NCBI GenBank assembly: GCA_963700795.1
Contig: CAVOYX010000006.1
Coordinates: 391,862 to 455,861, forward strand
DNA length: 64,000 bases
Direction of reading: 5' to 3'
DNA from: an uncultured Alphaproteobacteria bacterium
GTDB taxonomy: Bacteria; Pseudomonadota; Alphaproteobacteria; Rhizobiales; Beijerinckiaceae
A model generated the notes under the pieces. The model did no database searches. It worked only from the letters and a program-made list of their open reading frames with translations, and had not been told where the DNA came from. A program made the position numbers and the translations under genes. Below are positions 19,494-30,205 of the stretch, in pieces (positions within the stretch are counted from its first letter, which is position 1; each line of letters begins with the position of its first letter).

Positions 19494-21341
19494 TCAATTC
19501 CGGCGCCCGTCGACGGGCGCACTATCTGAAACAGGTAATTCCGCGCTCAGGTTGCGTGCTTCACGCGAGGGTTTGACAAGCGGCTCCGGTTTTACACCAT
19601 CAAAACCAAACCGCCCCCCCGCCCTGATGCCCTCCGAACGCTGCAGCAGAAGGAGCTCGGCATCCCGCTTGCGGACGAACTCGACAAGTTCACCTGCCTT
19701 TTCCGCATCCTGCGTCAACAGCCTGTAGAGATTGCCACCAAAGCGAATAGCACCCTCTGCGGTCTCGCGTTCAATGTTATCGACACCATTTTCCATCAGT
19801 TTCAGCGCGTGAATGCGGTCATATGCTCTTACGCAGATTGTGGTGAGGGGAAAATGTTGTTTGGCAATATCGACGATCGTGTCGGCGTCTTTCGCCACAT
19901 CCACACACACCGCCAAAATTTGCGCTCCGCCTGCTCCAGCAGCCCGTAAAACGTCGAGCCGGGTTCCATCTCCGTAATAGACCTTGAAACCAAAACTCAG
20001 TGCGGTCGCGATGCGTGCTTCGTCCTTGTCGATCACCGTTACATCTGCCCGGCCGCTCAACAGAACCTGTACAGCCAACTGACCGAAGCGCCCGAAGCCA
20101 ACCACCAGTATTTTGCCTTTTGCCGCGTCCGGTATGTCTTCGGCCTCTCGCAAGACAACAGGACCGGCGCTGCGGCGCAAGACTGCTTCCGTCGCCTTTG
20201 CAATCAACGGGCTGGCGATCATGGTAATGGCCGTCAATGCCGCAAGCAGGGACGACTGCTGCGCAGTCAATATCCCGACAGACGCTGCTACAGGAAACAC
20301 GACAAAGGCAAATTCACCAGCCATTGGCAAAACACTTGCGCCTTCGATTGCATCCCTGTTGTTGCAGGTCGCTGTACGCATCAAAACGAAAACAATAATC
20401 GCCTTTATCATCAAGACGGCGATCACAGCCATGGTCAACCATGGCAATGAATCGGCAACGACCTTCCGATCCAGCGACATGCCAACGGACATGAAGAAAA
20501 GCCCCATCAACAATCCGCGGAAAGGTTCGATATCTGCTTCCAGCTCGTGCCGGAAGCGCGATTCGGACAGCAAGAGTCCGGCGAGAAATGCGCCAAGCGC
20601 CATCGACATGCCAACCTGTTGCATTAGGAGAGCTGCGCCCAGCACGACAAGCAACGCGGCCGCAGTCATTATTTCGCCGGAACCGGTGCGGGCAAGGAAT
20701 GAAAAGAACGGATTGAGGATAAAACGGCCAGCGAAAATAACGATCGCAAATGCTGCAACGACAGCAGCGAAACCAAGCAGTACATCGAACCAGTTGCTGC
20801 CGGCCATTCCGCCGGCCAACAGAGGCGTGATGGCCAGAACCGGGGCGACCATGACGTCCTGAAAAAGCAATATGGCGAAGGCTCTCCTGCCATAGGATGC
20901 TTCGCGCGCGCCGCGCTCGTCCAGCAATTGAACAGCAATGGCAGTGGAGGAAAAAGCCAGCGCCATGCCGGCAACCAGGCCTGCCCGAACATTGAAGCCG
21001 GAGAACAGCATAAGTCCGATACATATGACCACCGTAGTCATGATCATCTGCGCCGTACCCAGAACGGCGATATCCTTGCGCATTGCGATCAGCTGCGAGG
21101 GCTTGAGCTCAAGCCCAATGATGAACAGCAACAGCACAACGCCCAGTTCAGCAATGTGCAGCGTCGATGCAGGATCGTGGATCAGTCCAAAACCCGAAGG
21201 ACCAATCGCCAGACCAGCGGCCAGAAAGCCCACAACTGCGCCAAGACCCGCCAATTTGAATAGCGGCACGGCGACCACGGCTGCGGCGAGAAAAATCAGA
21301 ATGGGGACAAGGAAGCCCCCTGAATGGACGGCCTCAGGCAT
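19494..21341 (-). CDS. CPA2 monovalent cation:proton antiporter, KefB/KefC-like, with KTN/RCK domain
   Basis: [69 protein letters not shown]. Confidence 0.92.
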   Translation of the reverse strand: MPEAVHSGGFLVPILIFLAAAVVAVPLFKLAGLGAVVGFLAAGLAIGPSGFGLIHDPASTLHIAELGVVLLLFIIGLELKPSQLIAMRKDIAVLGTAQMIMTTVVICIGLMLFSGFNVRAGLVAGMALAFSSTAIAVQLLDERGAREASYGRRAFAILLFQDVMVAPVLAITPLLAGGMAGSNWFDVLLGFAAVVAAFAIVIFAGRFILNPFFSFLARTGSGEIMTAAALLVVLGAALLMQQVGMSMALGAFLAGLLLSESRFRHELEADIEPFRGLLMGLFFMSVGMSLDRKVVADSLPWLTMAVIAVLMIKAIIVFVLMRTATCNNRDAIEGASVLPMAGEFAFVVFPVAASVGILTAQQSSLLAALTAITMIASPLIAKATEAVLRRSAGPVVLREAEDIPDAAKGKILVVGFGRFGQLAVQVLLSGRADVTVIDKDEARIATALSFGFKVYYGDGTRLDVLRAAGAGGAQILAVCVDVAKDADTIVDIAKQHFPLTTICVRAYDRIHALKLMENGVDNIERETAEGAIRFGGNLYRLLTQDAEKAGELVEFVRKRDAELLLLQRSEGIRAGGRFGFDGVKPEPLVKPSREARNLSAELPVSDSAPVDGRRN

Positions 21342-21459
21342 CAGTTTTCTTTCAAATTTGAATTCTACGAGCCATCAGCACGAAACAATGCTCGATTTCT
21401 GCCAGATACATGCGCGCTCACCGCTTGACTTGGCGCATCGGGAACTACCTATAGCAGGT

Positions 21460-22428
21460 ATGAGCGAAATCGATACCGCGTCCGAAAGCAAACCGCCCTT
21501 GCATATTCTCCTGTGCGCGCCGCGCGGGTTTTGCGCAGGCGTTGTGCGGGCAATCGATGCGGTAGAGAAGGCGCTGCAGATCCATGGTGCGCCGGTTTAT
21601 GTGCGCCACGAGATCGTACACAACAAATATGTCGTGGACGACCTGAAAGCAAAGGGCGCCATATTCGTCGAGGAACTTGACGAAATTCCGGATACGCAGG
21701 CGCCTGTGATTTTCTCCGCCCACGGTGTTGCCAAATCGGTTCCCTTGCAGGCGCAGAACCGCAATTTCTTCGCCATCGACGCAACCTGTCCATTGGTCAC
21801 CAAGGTGCATCGCGAGGCCGAGCTGCATCACAAGCGTGGCCGAACGCTCATCCTGATCGGGCACAAGGGTCACCCGGAGGTTGTTGGCACCATGGGGCAA
21901 TTGCCCGATGGTGCGGTCATTCTGGTTGAGACGCTCGCTGATGTGGAAGCGTTGCAGCCACCAGACCCTGGCAATCTGGCCTGGGCTTCCCAGACGACAC
22001 TTTCAGTTGATGACACCTCGGCCATTGTCGCGGCGCTGACAAAAAAATTTCCGCACATCGTGTCTCCGCATCGCGACGATATTTGCTACGCCACCACAAA
22101 CCGCCAGGAAGCGGTCAAGGCGGCGGCCGCATTGGCAGACGTGTGTATCGTGATCGGTGCACCCAATTCTTCCAACTCGCAGCGCTTGCGTGAAACAGCC
22201 GAACGGTCGGGCTGCAAACGGGCGGTCCTTGTGCAGCGCGCGGGCGACATCGACTGGGCTGTGATGGAAGGCGCGGAATCCGTTATGATCACCGCAGGCG
22301 CTTCCGCACCGGAAGTGCTGGTTGAGGAAGTGATCGACGCACTCGCGCAACGCTATTCTACCCGCGTCGAAATTTTCAAGACAGCCGAGGAAGACATGTT
22401 TTTTCCGCTGCCGCGTGAACTGCGCTAG
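21460..22428 (+). CDS. ispH: 4-hydroxy-3-methylbut-2-enyl diphosphate reductase
   Basis: [58 protein letters not shown]. Confidence 0.97.
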   Translation: MSEIDTASESKPPLHILLCAPRGFCAGVVRAIDAVEKALQIHGAPVYVRHEIVHNKYVVDDLKAKGAIFVEELDEIPDTQAPVIFSAHGVAKSVPLQAQNRNFFAIDATCPLVTKVHREAELHHKRGRTLILIGHKGHPEVVGTMGQLPDGAVILVETLADVEALQPPDPGNLAWASQTTLSVDDTSAIVAALTKKFPHIVSPHRDDICYATTNRQEAVKAAAALADVCIVIGAPNSSNSQRLRETAERSGCKRAVLVQRAGDIDWAVMEGAESVMITAGASAPEVLVEEVIDALAQRYSTRVEIFKTAEEDMFFPLPRELR

Positions 22429-22476
22429 GTCCATTCGGGTTTACGCTGAAAATTTCTACGGACCGGAACTTGTCTA

Positions 22477-22708
22477 ACGCGTTTTCTTCACGCGAACCGG
22501 ATGCCACTTCGCTCGAAAACTTTTAATTTTCTTGTTTGACGCGTTTTCTTCACGCGAACCGGATGCCACTTCGCTCGAAAACTTTTAATTTTCTTGTTTG
22601 ACGCGTTTTCTTCACGCGAACCGGATGCCACTTCGCTCGAAAACTTTTAATTTTCTTGTTTGACGCGTTTTCTTCACGCGAACCGGATGCCACTTCGCTC
22701 GAAAACGC
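22477..22708. repeat. Tandem array of a palindromic Rhizobiales REP-like element, 62-bp period, four 44-bp cores
   Basis: Core ACGCGTTTTCTTCACGCGAACCGGATGCCACTTCGCTCGAAAAC starts at 22477, 22539, 22601 and 22663, separated by the identical linker TTTTAATTTTCTTGTTTG. Confidence 0.95.
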
Positions 22709-22713
22709 TTTGG

Positions 22714-23658
22714 TCAGCCATTCAGCAGCAGCACGATGCCAGCAACGATCAACGCCATGCCGACATAATCGCGCGCGTTTGCGCCTTGCTTGAAAATCTT
22801 GCGCGAAACGATCATCGCCATCGGCACTTCGACAAGCGCCAGCGTGCGCACCTTTGCCGCGCTGGTCAATGCAAAGGCCATGAACCAGAACAGCGACGCC
22901 AATGCGCCCATGGTTCCTGCAAACAGGGACGGTTTCCAGGCGCGCATCATGCCGGTCAGGACGGGTCTGTCGAATGCCGCAAGCCAGATGACAATCGCAG
23001 CCGATTGCATGGACTGGCCAATCAACTGCATGCTGGCTGCCGCCATGAAGATGGATGGCGTCTCCAGCGTGATGAGCGCACCGCGATAGGAAATTGCCGA
23101 CAGGGCAAAGAACAATCCGCTACCCAGGCCGAACAGGGCCGGGCGCCAGTTGCGCACAGCATCGCCGTCAGTGGCTTTTTCCTTTGGCCAGGAGATCAGC
23201 ATCACGCCAGCCGTTGCGACCACGATGGCCGTGGCCACCGGCAAGGTGAGACGGTCCCCGAGCAGCGCCAGCCCCAGAAGTGCGATGATCACCGGTTCGG
23301 TCTTGGTGTAGGCTATGATGACCGAGAAAGAGCGCTCCTTCATTCCGGCCAGCATGAGCGCAGTCGCGACAAGCTGCGTCGCCGCGCCGGCAAATGTCCA
23401 TGCAAGTTCGGCTGGTCCAAAGCGTGGAAATCCAATGCCAAAGCCCGCCATCGCAATCGCCACGAGGAGGCAGGTGAACGGCAGGGCGAATATGAAGCGG
23501 ACGCAGGTTGCCCCGGCCGTGCCCAGCGTTGCGATCAGGTCGCGCTGCATGGCGTTGCGGGCCGTTTGCGCCGAGGAGGCGCCAAGGGTGAACACCGCCC
23601 AAAGCCAACCGCCCAGCCAGCTCCCCAACCATGCGCCAAAAGATGCGATAGCCATCAT
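22714..23658 (-). CDS. EamA/DMT family transporter
   Basis: AQTARNAMQRDL...GAT.VRFIFALPF, AYTKTEP, AAKVRTLALVE; multiple TM segments. Confidence 0.88.
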   Translation of the reverse strand: MMAIASFGAWLGSWLGGWLWAVFTLGASSAQTARNAMQRDLIATLGTAGATCVRFIFALPFTCLLVAIAMAGFGIGFPRFGPAELAWTFAGAATQLVATALMLAGMKERSFSVIIAYTKTEPVIIALLGLALLGDRLTLPVATAIVVATAGVMLISWPKEKATDGDAVRNWRPALFGLGSGLFFALSAISYRGALITLETPSIFMAAASMQLIGQSMQSAAIVIWLAAFDRPVLTGMMRAWKPSLFAGTMGALASLFWFMAFALTSAAKVRTLALVEVPMAMIVSRKIFKQGANARDYVGMALIVAGIVLLLNG

Positions 23659-23781
23659 TTCCAGGCGATCCTGTCTGCCCGATATCCAGCGTTAAATTGA
23701 CCCTGCATGATTTTCCCCCGGAGCCAAAATGCTCTATCACGATCCCGCATCCCGCGACATTTCGCGAATCGGAAGTCTTTC

Positions 23782-24747
23782 ATGGCCGTTTATACGGAAG
23801 TCAGCGACGAACAATTGTCGGACTATCTTGCCGGATACGATCTGGGCGAGGTGCTGTCATGCAAGGGCATTGCCGAGGGCGTGGAAAATTCAAACTTTCT
23901 CCTGCACATGGAAGCCGGGTTCTACATCCTTACCCTCTATGAGAAACGTGTTGATGCGAACGACCTGCCGTTTTTTCTGGGGCTGCTGGATCATCTGAGC
24001 GAGCGCGGGCTCACCTGTCCGCGTCCGGTGCATTTGCGCAACGGACAGGCACTTGGCACGCTCGCAGGCCGCCCCGCTGCCATCGTCACCTTTCTGGACG
24101 GCATGTCGATCAAGCGGCCGAGCGCGGCGCAATGCGGCATGGTCGGCGAAGCGCTGGCCAAAATGCATCTGGCCGCCCAGGATTTTAAACTGACGCGGCG
24201 CAATGCGCTTTCGACCAAAGCCTGGCCGGAATTATTTTCCGGCGCGCGGCAGCAGGCCGACAGCGTGTTTCCCGGCCTGGCAAAACTCATCGGCGACGAG
24301 CTGGACTTTCTGCAACAAATCTGGCCCGCAAATCTGCCCTCCGGCGTCATTCACGCTGACCTTTTTCCCGACAATGTTTTCTTCATGTCAGGGCATTTGT
24401 CCGGGCTGATCGACTTCTACTTCGCCTGCAATGACTTTCTCGCCTACGATCTGGTCATTTGCCTGAATGCCTGGTGCTTCGAACAGGACAGCTCGTTCAA
24501 TGTCACCAGCGCGATGGCGATGGTGAATGGCTACAACGCCGTGCGCAAACTCAACTCCGACGAAGTAACCGCCTTGCCGGTACTGGCGCGCGGTGCGGCG
24601 CTGCGTTTCCTGCTGACACGCCTTGTCGACTGGCTTGACGTGCCGCCAGGTGCGCTGGTCAAACCCAAAGACCCGCTGGAATACATGCGCAAACTGCGCT
24701 TTCATCAGCAAGTGCTCAGCGCTTCGGAATATGGATTGAGGGTATGA
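23782..24747 (+). CDS. thrB: Homoserine kinase type II
   Basis: [66 protein letters not shown]. Confidence 0.96.
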   Translation: MAVYTEVSDEQLSDYLAGYDLGEVLSCKGIAEGVENSNFLLHMEAGFYILTLYEKRVDANDLPFFLGLLDHLSERGLTCPRPVHLRNGQALGTLAGRPAAIVTFLDGMSIKRPSAAQCGMVGEALAKMHLAAQDFKLTRRNALSTKAWPELFSGARQQADSVFPGLAKLIGDELDFLQQIWPANLPSGVIHADLFPDNVFFMSGHLSGLIDFYFACNDFLAYDLVICLNAWCFEQDSSFNVTSAMAMVNGYNAVRKLNSDEVTALPVLARGAALRFLLTRLVDWLDVPPGALVKPKDPLEYMRKLRFHQQVLSASEYGLRV

Positions 24748-25214
24748 GCTTGCGCGTTGCGATCTGGACCGACGGTGCCTGTTCGGGCAATCCAGGCCCT
24801 GGCGGCTGGGGGGCCATCCTCACCTTCAACGGCCATCGCAAGGAATTGAAGGGTGGCGAGGCGCAAACCACCAACAACCGCATGGAACTCATGGCTGCCA
24901 TTGCTGCACTGGAATCACTCAAGCGCGATTGCGGCGTAGATCTTTATACCGATTCCCAATACGTGCGCGGCGGCATTACCGCGTGGATGAAAAACTGGAA
25001 AAGAAACGGCTGGCGCACTGCAGACAAGAAGCCGGTCAAGAATGCCGAGCTATGGCAAAGACTCGATGCAGCAGCACAAAGTCACGAGATTGAATGGCAT
25101 TGGGTGAAAGGCCACGCGGGCGATCCGAACAATGAGCGGGCCGATGAGCTGGCGCGCGAAGGAATGTCCGGGTTCAAGAACAACGGCTCAAACCGCACAT
25201 CCGCAGACCAATAG
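24744..25214 (+). CDS. rnhA: Ribonuclease HI
   Basis: [36 protein letters not shown]...NERADELA. Confidence 0.98.
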   Translation: MSLRVAIWTDGACSGNPGPGGWGAILTFNGHRKELKGGEAQTTNNRMELMAAIAALESLKRDCGVDLYTDSQYVRGGITAWMKNWKRNGWRTADKKPVKNAELWQRLDAAAQSHEIEWHWVKGHAGDPNNERADELAREGMSGFKNNGSNRTSADQ

Positions 25215-25215
25215 A

Positions 25216-25241
25216 AAAGGCCGGACAAAAGCCCGGCCTTT
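25216..25241. terminator. Probable terminator between convergent rnhA and peroxiredoxin genes
   Basis: AAAGGCCGG-acaaaagc-CCGGCCTTT hairpin. Confidence 0.65.
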
Positions 25242-25308
25242 CGTTCTTCCCGCCCTTGCAGACACATTGCCTGGCAATGCTCTCAAGCGTGAGGGGTCTG
25301 GTAAAATA

Positions 25309-25788
25309 TCAAACCTGCGTCAGCATGTTGTCCGCGCCGGAAGCTGCCACACCCGGGCCTTCCTCGATGTTCAATGTCTTTACGACGCCGTCTTCGACGA
25401 GCATCGAATAGCGCTTGGAGCGCACGCCAAGACCGCGCTCGGACAGGTCCATTGTCAGGCCAATGGCTGAAGCGAACTTGCCGGAACCGTCTGCCAGCAT
25501 TTCAACATTATTGCCGACGCTGAGCGATTTGCCCCATGCATCCATGACGAACACATCGTTGACAGCAACACATTCGATTCCGTCGACGCCCTTGGCCTTC
25601 AGGTCTGCGGCCTTGTCGCGGAAACCGGGAACATGGTTGGCATGGCAGGTCGGGGTGAAAGCACCGGGAACCGCAAACAAAACAATCTTCTTGCCTTTGA
25701 AAATTTCGTCGGTCGTCTTTGGCTTGGGGCCATCAGCCGTCATCACGGTGAAAGTTGCCTCAGGCAGTTTATCGCCAGCTTTAATCAT
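25309..25788 (-). CDS. Peroxiredoxin (Prx5/redoxin type)
   Basis: VLFAVPGAFTPTC, AVNDVFVMDAWG, LADGSG, RSKRYSMLVEDG. Confidence 0.95.
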   Translation of the reverse strand: MIKAGDKLPEATFTVMTADGPKPKTTDEIFKGKKIVLFAVPGAFTPTCHANHVPGFRDKAADLKAKGVDGIECVAVNDVFVMDAWGKSLSVGNNVEMLADGSGKFASAIGLTMDLSERGLGVRSKRYSMLVEDGVVKTLNIEEGPGVAASGADNMLTQV

Positions 25789-25896
25789 GGGTCGCTCCCC
25801 GCACTCGAATTATGTGAACACTGCAGCCGATTGGCGCGTCACGCTCTTAGCAGGTAGCGCCAGCCTCGGCTAGTTCAAGCTTGAACGGCCGGTTTT

Positions 25897-26817
25897 CTAG
25901 AAGGAATAACCGAATTTCACACGCGCGATGTAGCGTGCCCCGCCATCCAGATCGAGGCGGCCCGGCGTGCCCGATGCCTTGCCAGCAATCTGCGGTGCAA
26001 TTGTGCCGCTGAGCGTGGCATTTTCGGACAGTTTGAAAAGAATTGTGGGCCCCAGATATAGCGAATGGCCACTAAAAGCGCCGATGAACCCGGCATAATC
26101 GCGCACATAGGTTGCTTCCATCCCCAGGAAAAAGGACTTGTTGATCTCATAGGCAAGCCCTGTGGAAAATTTGAGCGACGAGCCTGTAGCTTCCAAAAGT
26201 GTTCCGGCAACCCTTGCGCGCTCAATGCCAAGAACAATGTTCGCTGCCCAAAACAGACGATCGCTGATAACAGGCAATGGCGCATCGACAATGAACTTGA
26301 ACTCTGCCCCGTAAGCCCGTGCATTCCGGCCATCGCCGTCAATACGCGACCAGCGCGGTTCAACTGCAACCTTCACCGCGAAGGGATTGTTCGCCGAACG
26401 CTGAACGAGCTGATAGGCCAGTTCAAAAGATGCGCCGTTGAACGTCAGGCCATTGCGGGCAATCGGGCTCGTCGCCACGTTGGCGATCGAATGATATGCC
26501 GTGAACAATGCCACCTCGAGGCTGGTTCGTTCAGCGATTACCCGGCCATAGGAATATTTGGTCGCCAATTCGCCGTAGGAGCCGGTGCGCTTGCCGAATG
26601 TACCGTCTGTTGTCACACCGATGCCGTGCGAGCCGACCTTGTCGATACCCGCCGCGTCGGTAAAACCGAAGATATCGCCTGGTATCTCAGCAAATTCAGC
26701 GGGACCTTGACCTGCCGGTTCCTGCGCGAAAGCAATGGATGCGTGAGCCGTGGCAAAACAGACGCACAGCAACGCCCCGGCCAAGCTACTGGCCATATTT
26801 TTTCCTGCCCGCTTCAT
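25897..26817 (-). CDS. Uncharacterised outer-membrane beta-barrel protein
   Basis: GGAGG RBS; Sec signal ending AFA; alternating amphipathic beta-strand pattern; terminal KFGYSF (aromatic-x-Phe BAM signature). Confidence 0.75.
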   Translation of the reverse strand: MKRAGKNMASSLAGALLCVCFATAHASIAFAQEPAGQGPAEFAEIPGDIFGFTDAAGIDKVGSHGIGVTTDGTFGKRTGSYGELATKYSYGRVIAERTSLEVALFTAYHSIANVATSPIARNGLTFNGASFELAYQLVQRSANNPFAVKVAVEPRWSRIDGDGRNARAYGAEFKFIVDAPLPVISDRLFWAANIVLGIERARVAGTLLEATGSSLKFSTGLAYEINKSFFLGMEATYVRDYAGFIGAFSGHSLYLGPTILFKLSENATLSGTIAPQIAGKASGTPGRLDLDGGARYIARVKFGYSF

Positions 26818-26886
26818 CCGTGCCTCCGGAAACCCCGACTGTGTCTATCCGGTCCCTTGTAAACGTGGCAAATGAGCCGTCAAGAA

Positions 26887-26909
26887 AAAACGTTACATTA
26901 TAACATATC
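26887..26909. promoter_or_regulatory. Zur box (zinc uptake regulator operator)
   Basis: Minus strand GATATGTTATAATGTAACGTTTT matches 18 of 22 defined positions of the proteobacterial Zur consensus GAAATGTTATANTATAACATTTC and contains an extended -10 TGnTATAAT pointing at the beta-barrel gene. Confidence 0.72.
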
Positions 26910-27010
26910 TAAGAACAAATCTAATCTGGAGTTCATCCTTGCCCGCCGGACGTTCGACCTGTACGGGATGCGCTGAACCTTCGGAGCGCCGATTGAACAT
27001 TTCTTCAGAC

Positions 27011-27803
27011 ATGCCAGCACTGGCCGCTGCCATGAGCGAGGCAAGCCAGGCCGCAGGCGAGATCGCCCTGAAGTTCTTTCGCACCGGCGACAAGACCAGC
27101 GCCGATGTCAGCTACAAGGATGGCGGCTCACCGGTGAGCGAAGCCGATCTGGCTGTGGATCGCTATCTCCATGAGCGACTGCGCGCCTTACTGCCGGACG
27201 CGGGCTGGCTCTCGGAAGAAAGTCTGGACAACCCTGCCCGACTGATAAGCCCCTATGTACTTGTTGTGGACCCGATTGACGGTACCCGCGCCTTCATCCA
27301 GGGCGATGGGCGCTGGGGTGTCGCCATCGCGCTGGTTGCCGACGAACGCCCGCTGGCCGCTGTCTTGCACATGCCGGCCCTGCGCGAGACCTTTGTGGCT
27401 GTCGCCGGTTCGGGCGCGAGCCTGAATGGAGCTCCCCTGCGGGCAAGTGCAAGGGCGGAACTGGCCGGGGCACGCATCGCCGGGCCCAAGAAAGCCCTGG
27501 AGGCACTCGGCAAGCAGGGTTTCGACATTGTTCAGGAGCCGCGCATTCCTTCGCTGGCCTACCGGCTGGCACTGGTAGCAACGGGCCGGCTCGATGGCGC
27601 CATGGCCTCGACCGACGCCTGGGATTGGGATATAGCGGCGGCCGATTTGCTTGTGCGCGAGTTCGGGCGGATCGCTGACGCGAATGGACGGCGGCCTGCC
27701 CAGATATAATCAGCCACGTCCAAGACATGGCGTGCTCGCAGCGGCAGGTCCGCAATTGCATGGGCCACTCGTGGCTGCGCTGCATGCAATCACACCGGCC
27801 TGA
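27011..27803 (+). CDS. Inositol monophosphatase / CysQ family phosphatase (frameshift near 27662)
   Basis: SPVSEADL, WLSEES, VVDPIDGTRAF, DWDIAAADLLV. The C-terminus ...GGSLTRMDG..PRYN....HGVLAAAG...* is in the next frame. Confidence 0.88.
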
Positions 27804-27846
27804 AACAGGCAGGCACCATCATAATCAAATCAGAGTGGAACAGAAC

Positions 27847-28089
27847 ATGGCCGACCCAACAGCAACCGAACGCGAATCGCCGCAACTCCTGCATCTGGTA
27901 TTTGGCGGAGAATTGAAATCCGTCAGCGGTATCGATTTCCGCGATGTGAACAATCTCGACATTGTCGGTATTTTTCCGAACTATGCGACAGCCGAGCGCG
28001 CCTGGAAGGCGAAAGCGCAAGCGACCGTCGACAATGCGCACATGCGTTATTTCATCGTGCACATGCACCGCTTTCTAGACCCGGCATAG
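27847..28089 (+). CDS. DUF4170 domain protein
   Basis: QLLHLVFGGEL, LDIVGIFPNYA, AWKAKAQATVDNAHMRYFIVH.HR.LDP. Confidence 0.88.
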   Translation: MADPTATERESPQLLHLVFGGELKSVSGIDFRDVNNLDIVGIFPNYATAERAWKAKAQATVDNAHMRYFIVHMHRFLDPA

Positions 28090-28121
28090 GCATCCGTACT
28101 GGTGCGCCAGATGGCCCGACG

Positions 28122-28853
28122 ATGCTGAAAAAACTTGCCCGCTCCACGCCCGTGCAACGCATGGCGGCATTCCTCGCCGTGCGATACCTGCGGCTGGTGC
28201 AGCGCACGACGCGCTACATTGTGGAACCTGCGGACTTCGATGCACGCGTGCTAGGGGATGCGCCGGTTATCGGCGCGGTCTGGCACGGTCAGCATCTCAT
28301 GGCGCAGTTTGCATGGCCTGGCGGACTGCAGGTGGCGGCACTGATTTCGCGCAACAAGGATGCGGAAATCAATGCCATGGTGCTTGAAAAACTGGGCGTC
28401 AAACCGATCCGCGGATCTGGCGGTCGTGCAGAGAAAATGCACAGGCGTGGCGGCTTTGCGGCGCTGCGTGAAATGTTGCGAACGCTGGAGGACGGCTGCT
28501 CGCTGGTGCTCACCGCAGACGTACCCAAGGTATCGCGCATTTGCGGCGACGGCATAATTTCCCTGGCCAAACATTCGGGTCGGCCAATCTATCCAGTTGC
28601 CGTGGTCAATCGCTGGCGGATCGATTTCAATTCCTGGGATCATGCCAGCCTGGGCCTGCCATTCGGGCGCGGCGCCATCGTGATCGGCGATGCCATGCGG
28701 ATCAGCGCCGACGCCAGCCGCGAGGACATGGAAGCAGCGCGCCAGCAACTGGAAGCCACGCTCGACGCCATTCACGCCCGCGCCTATGCCCTGGTCGGGG
28801 CGACCGATCCCGGGCGAAAAGCAGCCCCGGCTGCACCACCGGCTTCCGCATAG
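28122..28853 (+). CDS. DUF374 / lysophospholipid acyltransferase family protein
   Basis: WHGQH, LISRNKDAEINA, IRGSG, TADVPK, SWD...L.LPFGRG. Confidence 0.88.
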   Translation: MLKKLARSTPVQRMAAFLAVRYLRLVQRTTRYIVEPADFDARVLGDAPVIGAVWHGQHLMAQFAWPGGLQVAALISRNKDAEINAMVLEKLGVKPIRGSGGRAEKMHRRGGFAALREMLRTLEDGCSLVLTADVPKVSRICGDGIISLAKHSGRPIYPVAVVNRWRIDFNSWDHASLGLPFGRGAIVIGDAMRISADASREDMEAARQQLEATLDAIHARAYALVGATDPGRKAAPAAPPASA

Positions 28854-28915
28854 GGTATGCTTGGCCGACGGCGGCGATTCCCCGCCCGGATACAAGCCGC
28901 GCGAACAGGAGTTTC

Positions 28916-30205
28916 ATGCAGCGCAAAAGCAGGCTCGTCAGCCTCTACAAACTGGCAGCGTGCGGGTTTGGCCCGTTTGCCGGATTGCTGCTGCATGGCC
29001 GGGCAAGGCGCGGCAAGGAAGATCCTGCGCGTTTAAACGAGCGGCGTGGCCGGGCCGGTATCGCGCGGCCGGACGGACCATTGGTATGGATGCACGGCGC
29101 CAGCATCGGCGAGGCCGTTTCCCTGATCCCTCTTGCCGAACTCCTGCGCAGCCGCGGTTTGGAAGTGCTGTTTACAACCGGCACGGTAACGTCGGCAGAC
29201 ATTCTGAAAACACGTTTGCCAGCCGGCGCCATGCATCAATTCGTTCCGCTGGATGTGCCGCAATTCTGGAACAGCTTTCTGGCGCACTGGCGGCCGGGTC
29301 TTGCCATCGTCGCTGAATCCGAATTATGGCCCAACATGCTGGCAGCAGCGTCTGCTGCACAAGTACCTGTTGTTGTCGTCAATGGGCGTATGTCCGAACG
29401 CTCAATGGCGCGCTGGCAAAAAGCACCTGCTGCCGCGGCCAGTATCCTGTCACATATCTCACTGTGCCTGACGCAAACCGATGAAGACGCCCAGCGCTTT
29501 CATCATCTCGGCGCCGCGCGCGTGCAGGTTGCCGGCAACCTCAAATTCGACTCGCCCGCGCCGCCTGTCGACAATGGCGAACATGCGCGGCTTGCGGCGA
29601 TCATCGGATCAAGGCCGGTCTGGCTGGCCGCATCCACTCACGCGGGAGAAGAAGATATTGCCATTCGCGTGCACGACGATCTGGTTGGCCGATGGCCCGA
29701 GCTGACGACCATCATCCTGCCACGCCATCCCGGGCGCGCAAACGAGATCGCCGAACTTGCGCAGCGTTACGGATATGATGCTGCAATGCGCTCGCGCGGA
29801 CTATCGCCCGGCACAATGGGCGGTATCTATATCGCAGACACGATTGGCGAAACCGGGCTTTTTTACCGGCTGTGCGGGATCGTGTTCATGGGCCGCTCGC
29901 TTGCGGCGGGCGGCGGCCAAAATCCCATCGAACCGGCAAAGCTTGGTACAGCCATTCTGCACGGCCCGGATGTGAGTAATTTTACGCAGGTCTATGAAGC
30001 CCTGCATGCAGACAGTGCTGCAATGCAGGTCGCAGATGCGCAGGACCTTGCCGATACGATTGATCTCCTGCTCAGCGATGGTGCGAAAGTGAGAGAACTG
30101 GCCCGGGCAGCCCACCGGTCCGTCGAACGCATTGGTGGGGCGACGGGACGAATCCTGCTCGCACTGGAGCCGTATCTGATGCGTTTGCGGCAGGAGCACC
30201 AGTGA
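28916..30205 (+). CDS. waaA: 3-deoxy-D-manno-octulosonic acid (Kdo) transferase
   Basis: VWMHGASIGE, TTGTVTS, HQFVPLD, ESELWPN, GNLKFD, AASTHAGEE, PRHP.R, GGQNPIEPA. Confidence 0.96.
   Translation: MQRKSRLVSLYKLAACGFGPFAGLLLHGRARRGKEDPARLNERRGRAGIARPDGPLVWMHGASIGEAVSLIPLAELLRSRGLEVLFTTGTVTSADILKTRLPAGAMHQFVPLDVPQFWNSFLAHWRPGLAIVAESELWPNMLAAASAAQVPVVVVNGRMSERSMARWQKAPAAAASILSHISLCLTQTDEDAQRFHHLGAARVQVAGNLKFDSPAPPVDNGEHARLAAIIGSRPVWLAASTHAGEEDIAIRVHDDLVGRWPELTTIILPRHPGRANEIAELAQRYGYDAAMRSRGLSPGTMGGIYIADTIGETGLFYRLCGIVFMGRSLAAGGGQNPIEPAKLGTAILHGPDVSNFTQVYEALHADSAAMQVADAQDLADTIDLLLSDGAKVRELARAAHRSVERIGGATGRILLALEPYLMRLRQEHQ

Noticed and set aside
22477-22708. CRISPR array
   Set aside because: The three 18-bp spacers are identical and too short, and there are no cas genes or leader. 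It is a tandem repeat.
22660-23700. 346-aa plus-strand ORF starting MTRFLHANRMPLRSKTL
   Set aside because: It starts inside the repeat element and is the antisense shadow of the EamA gene.
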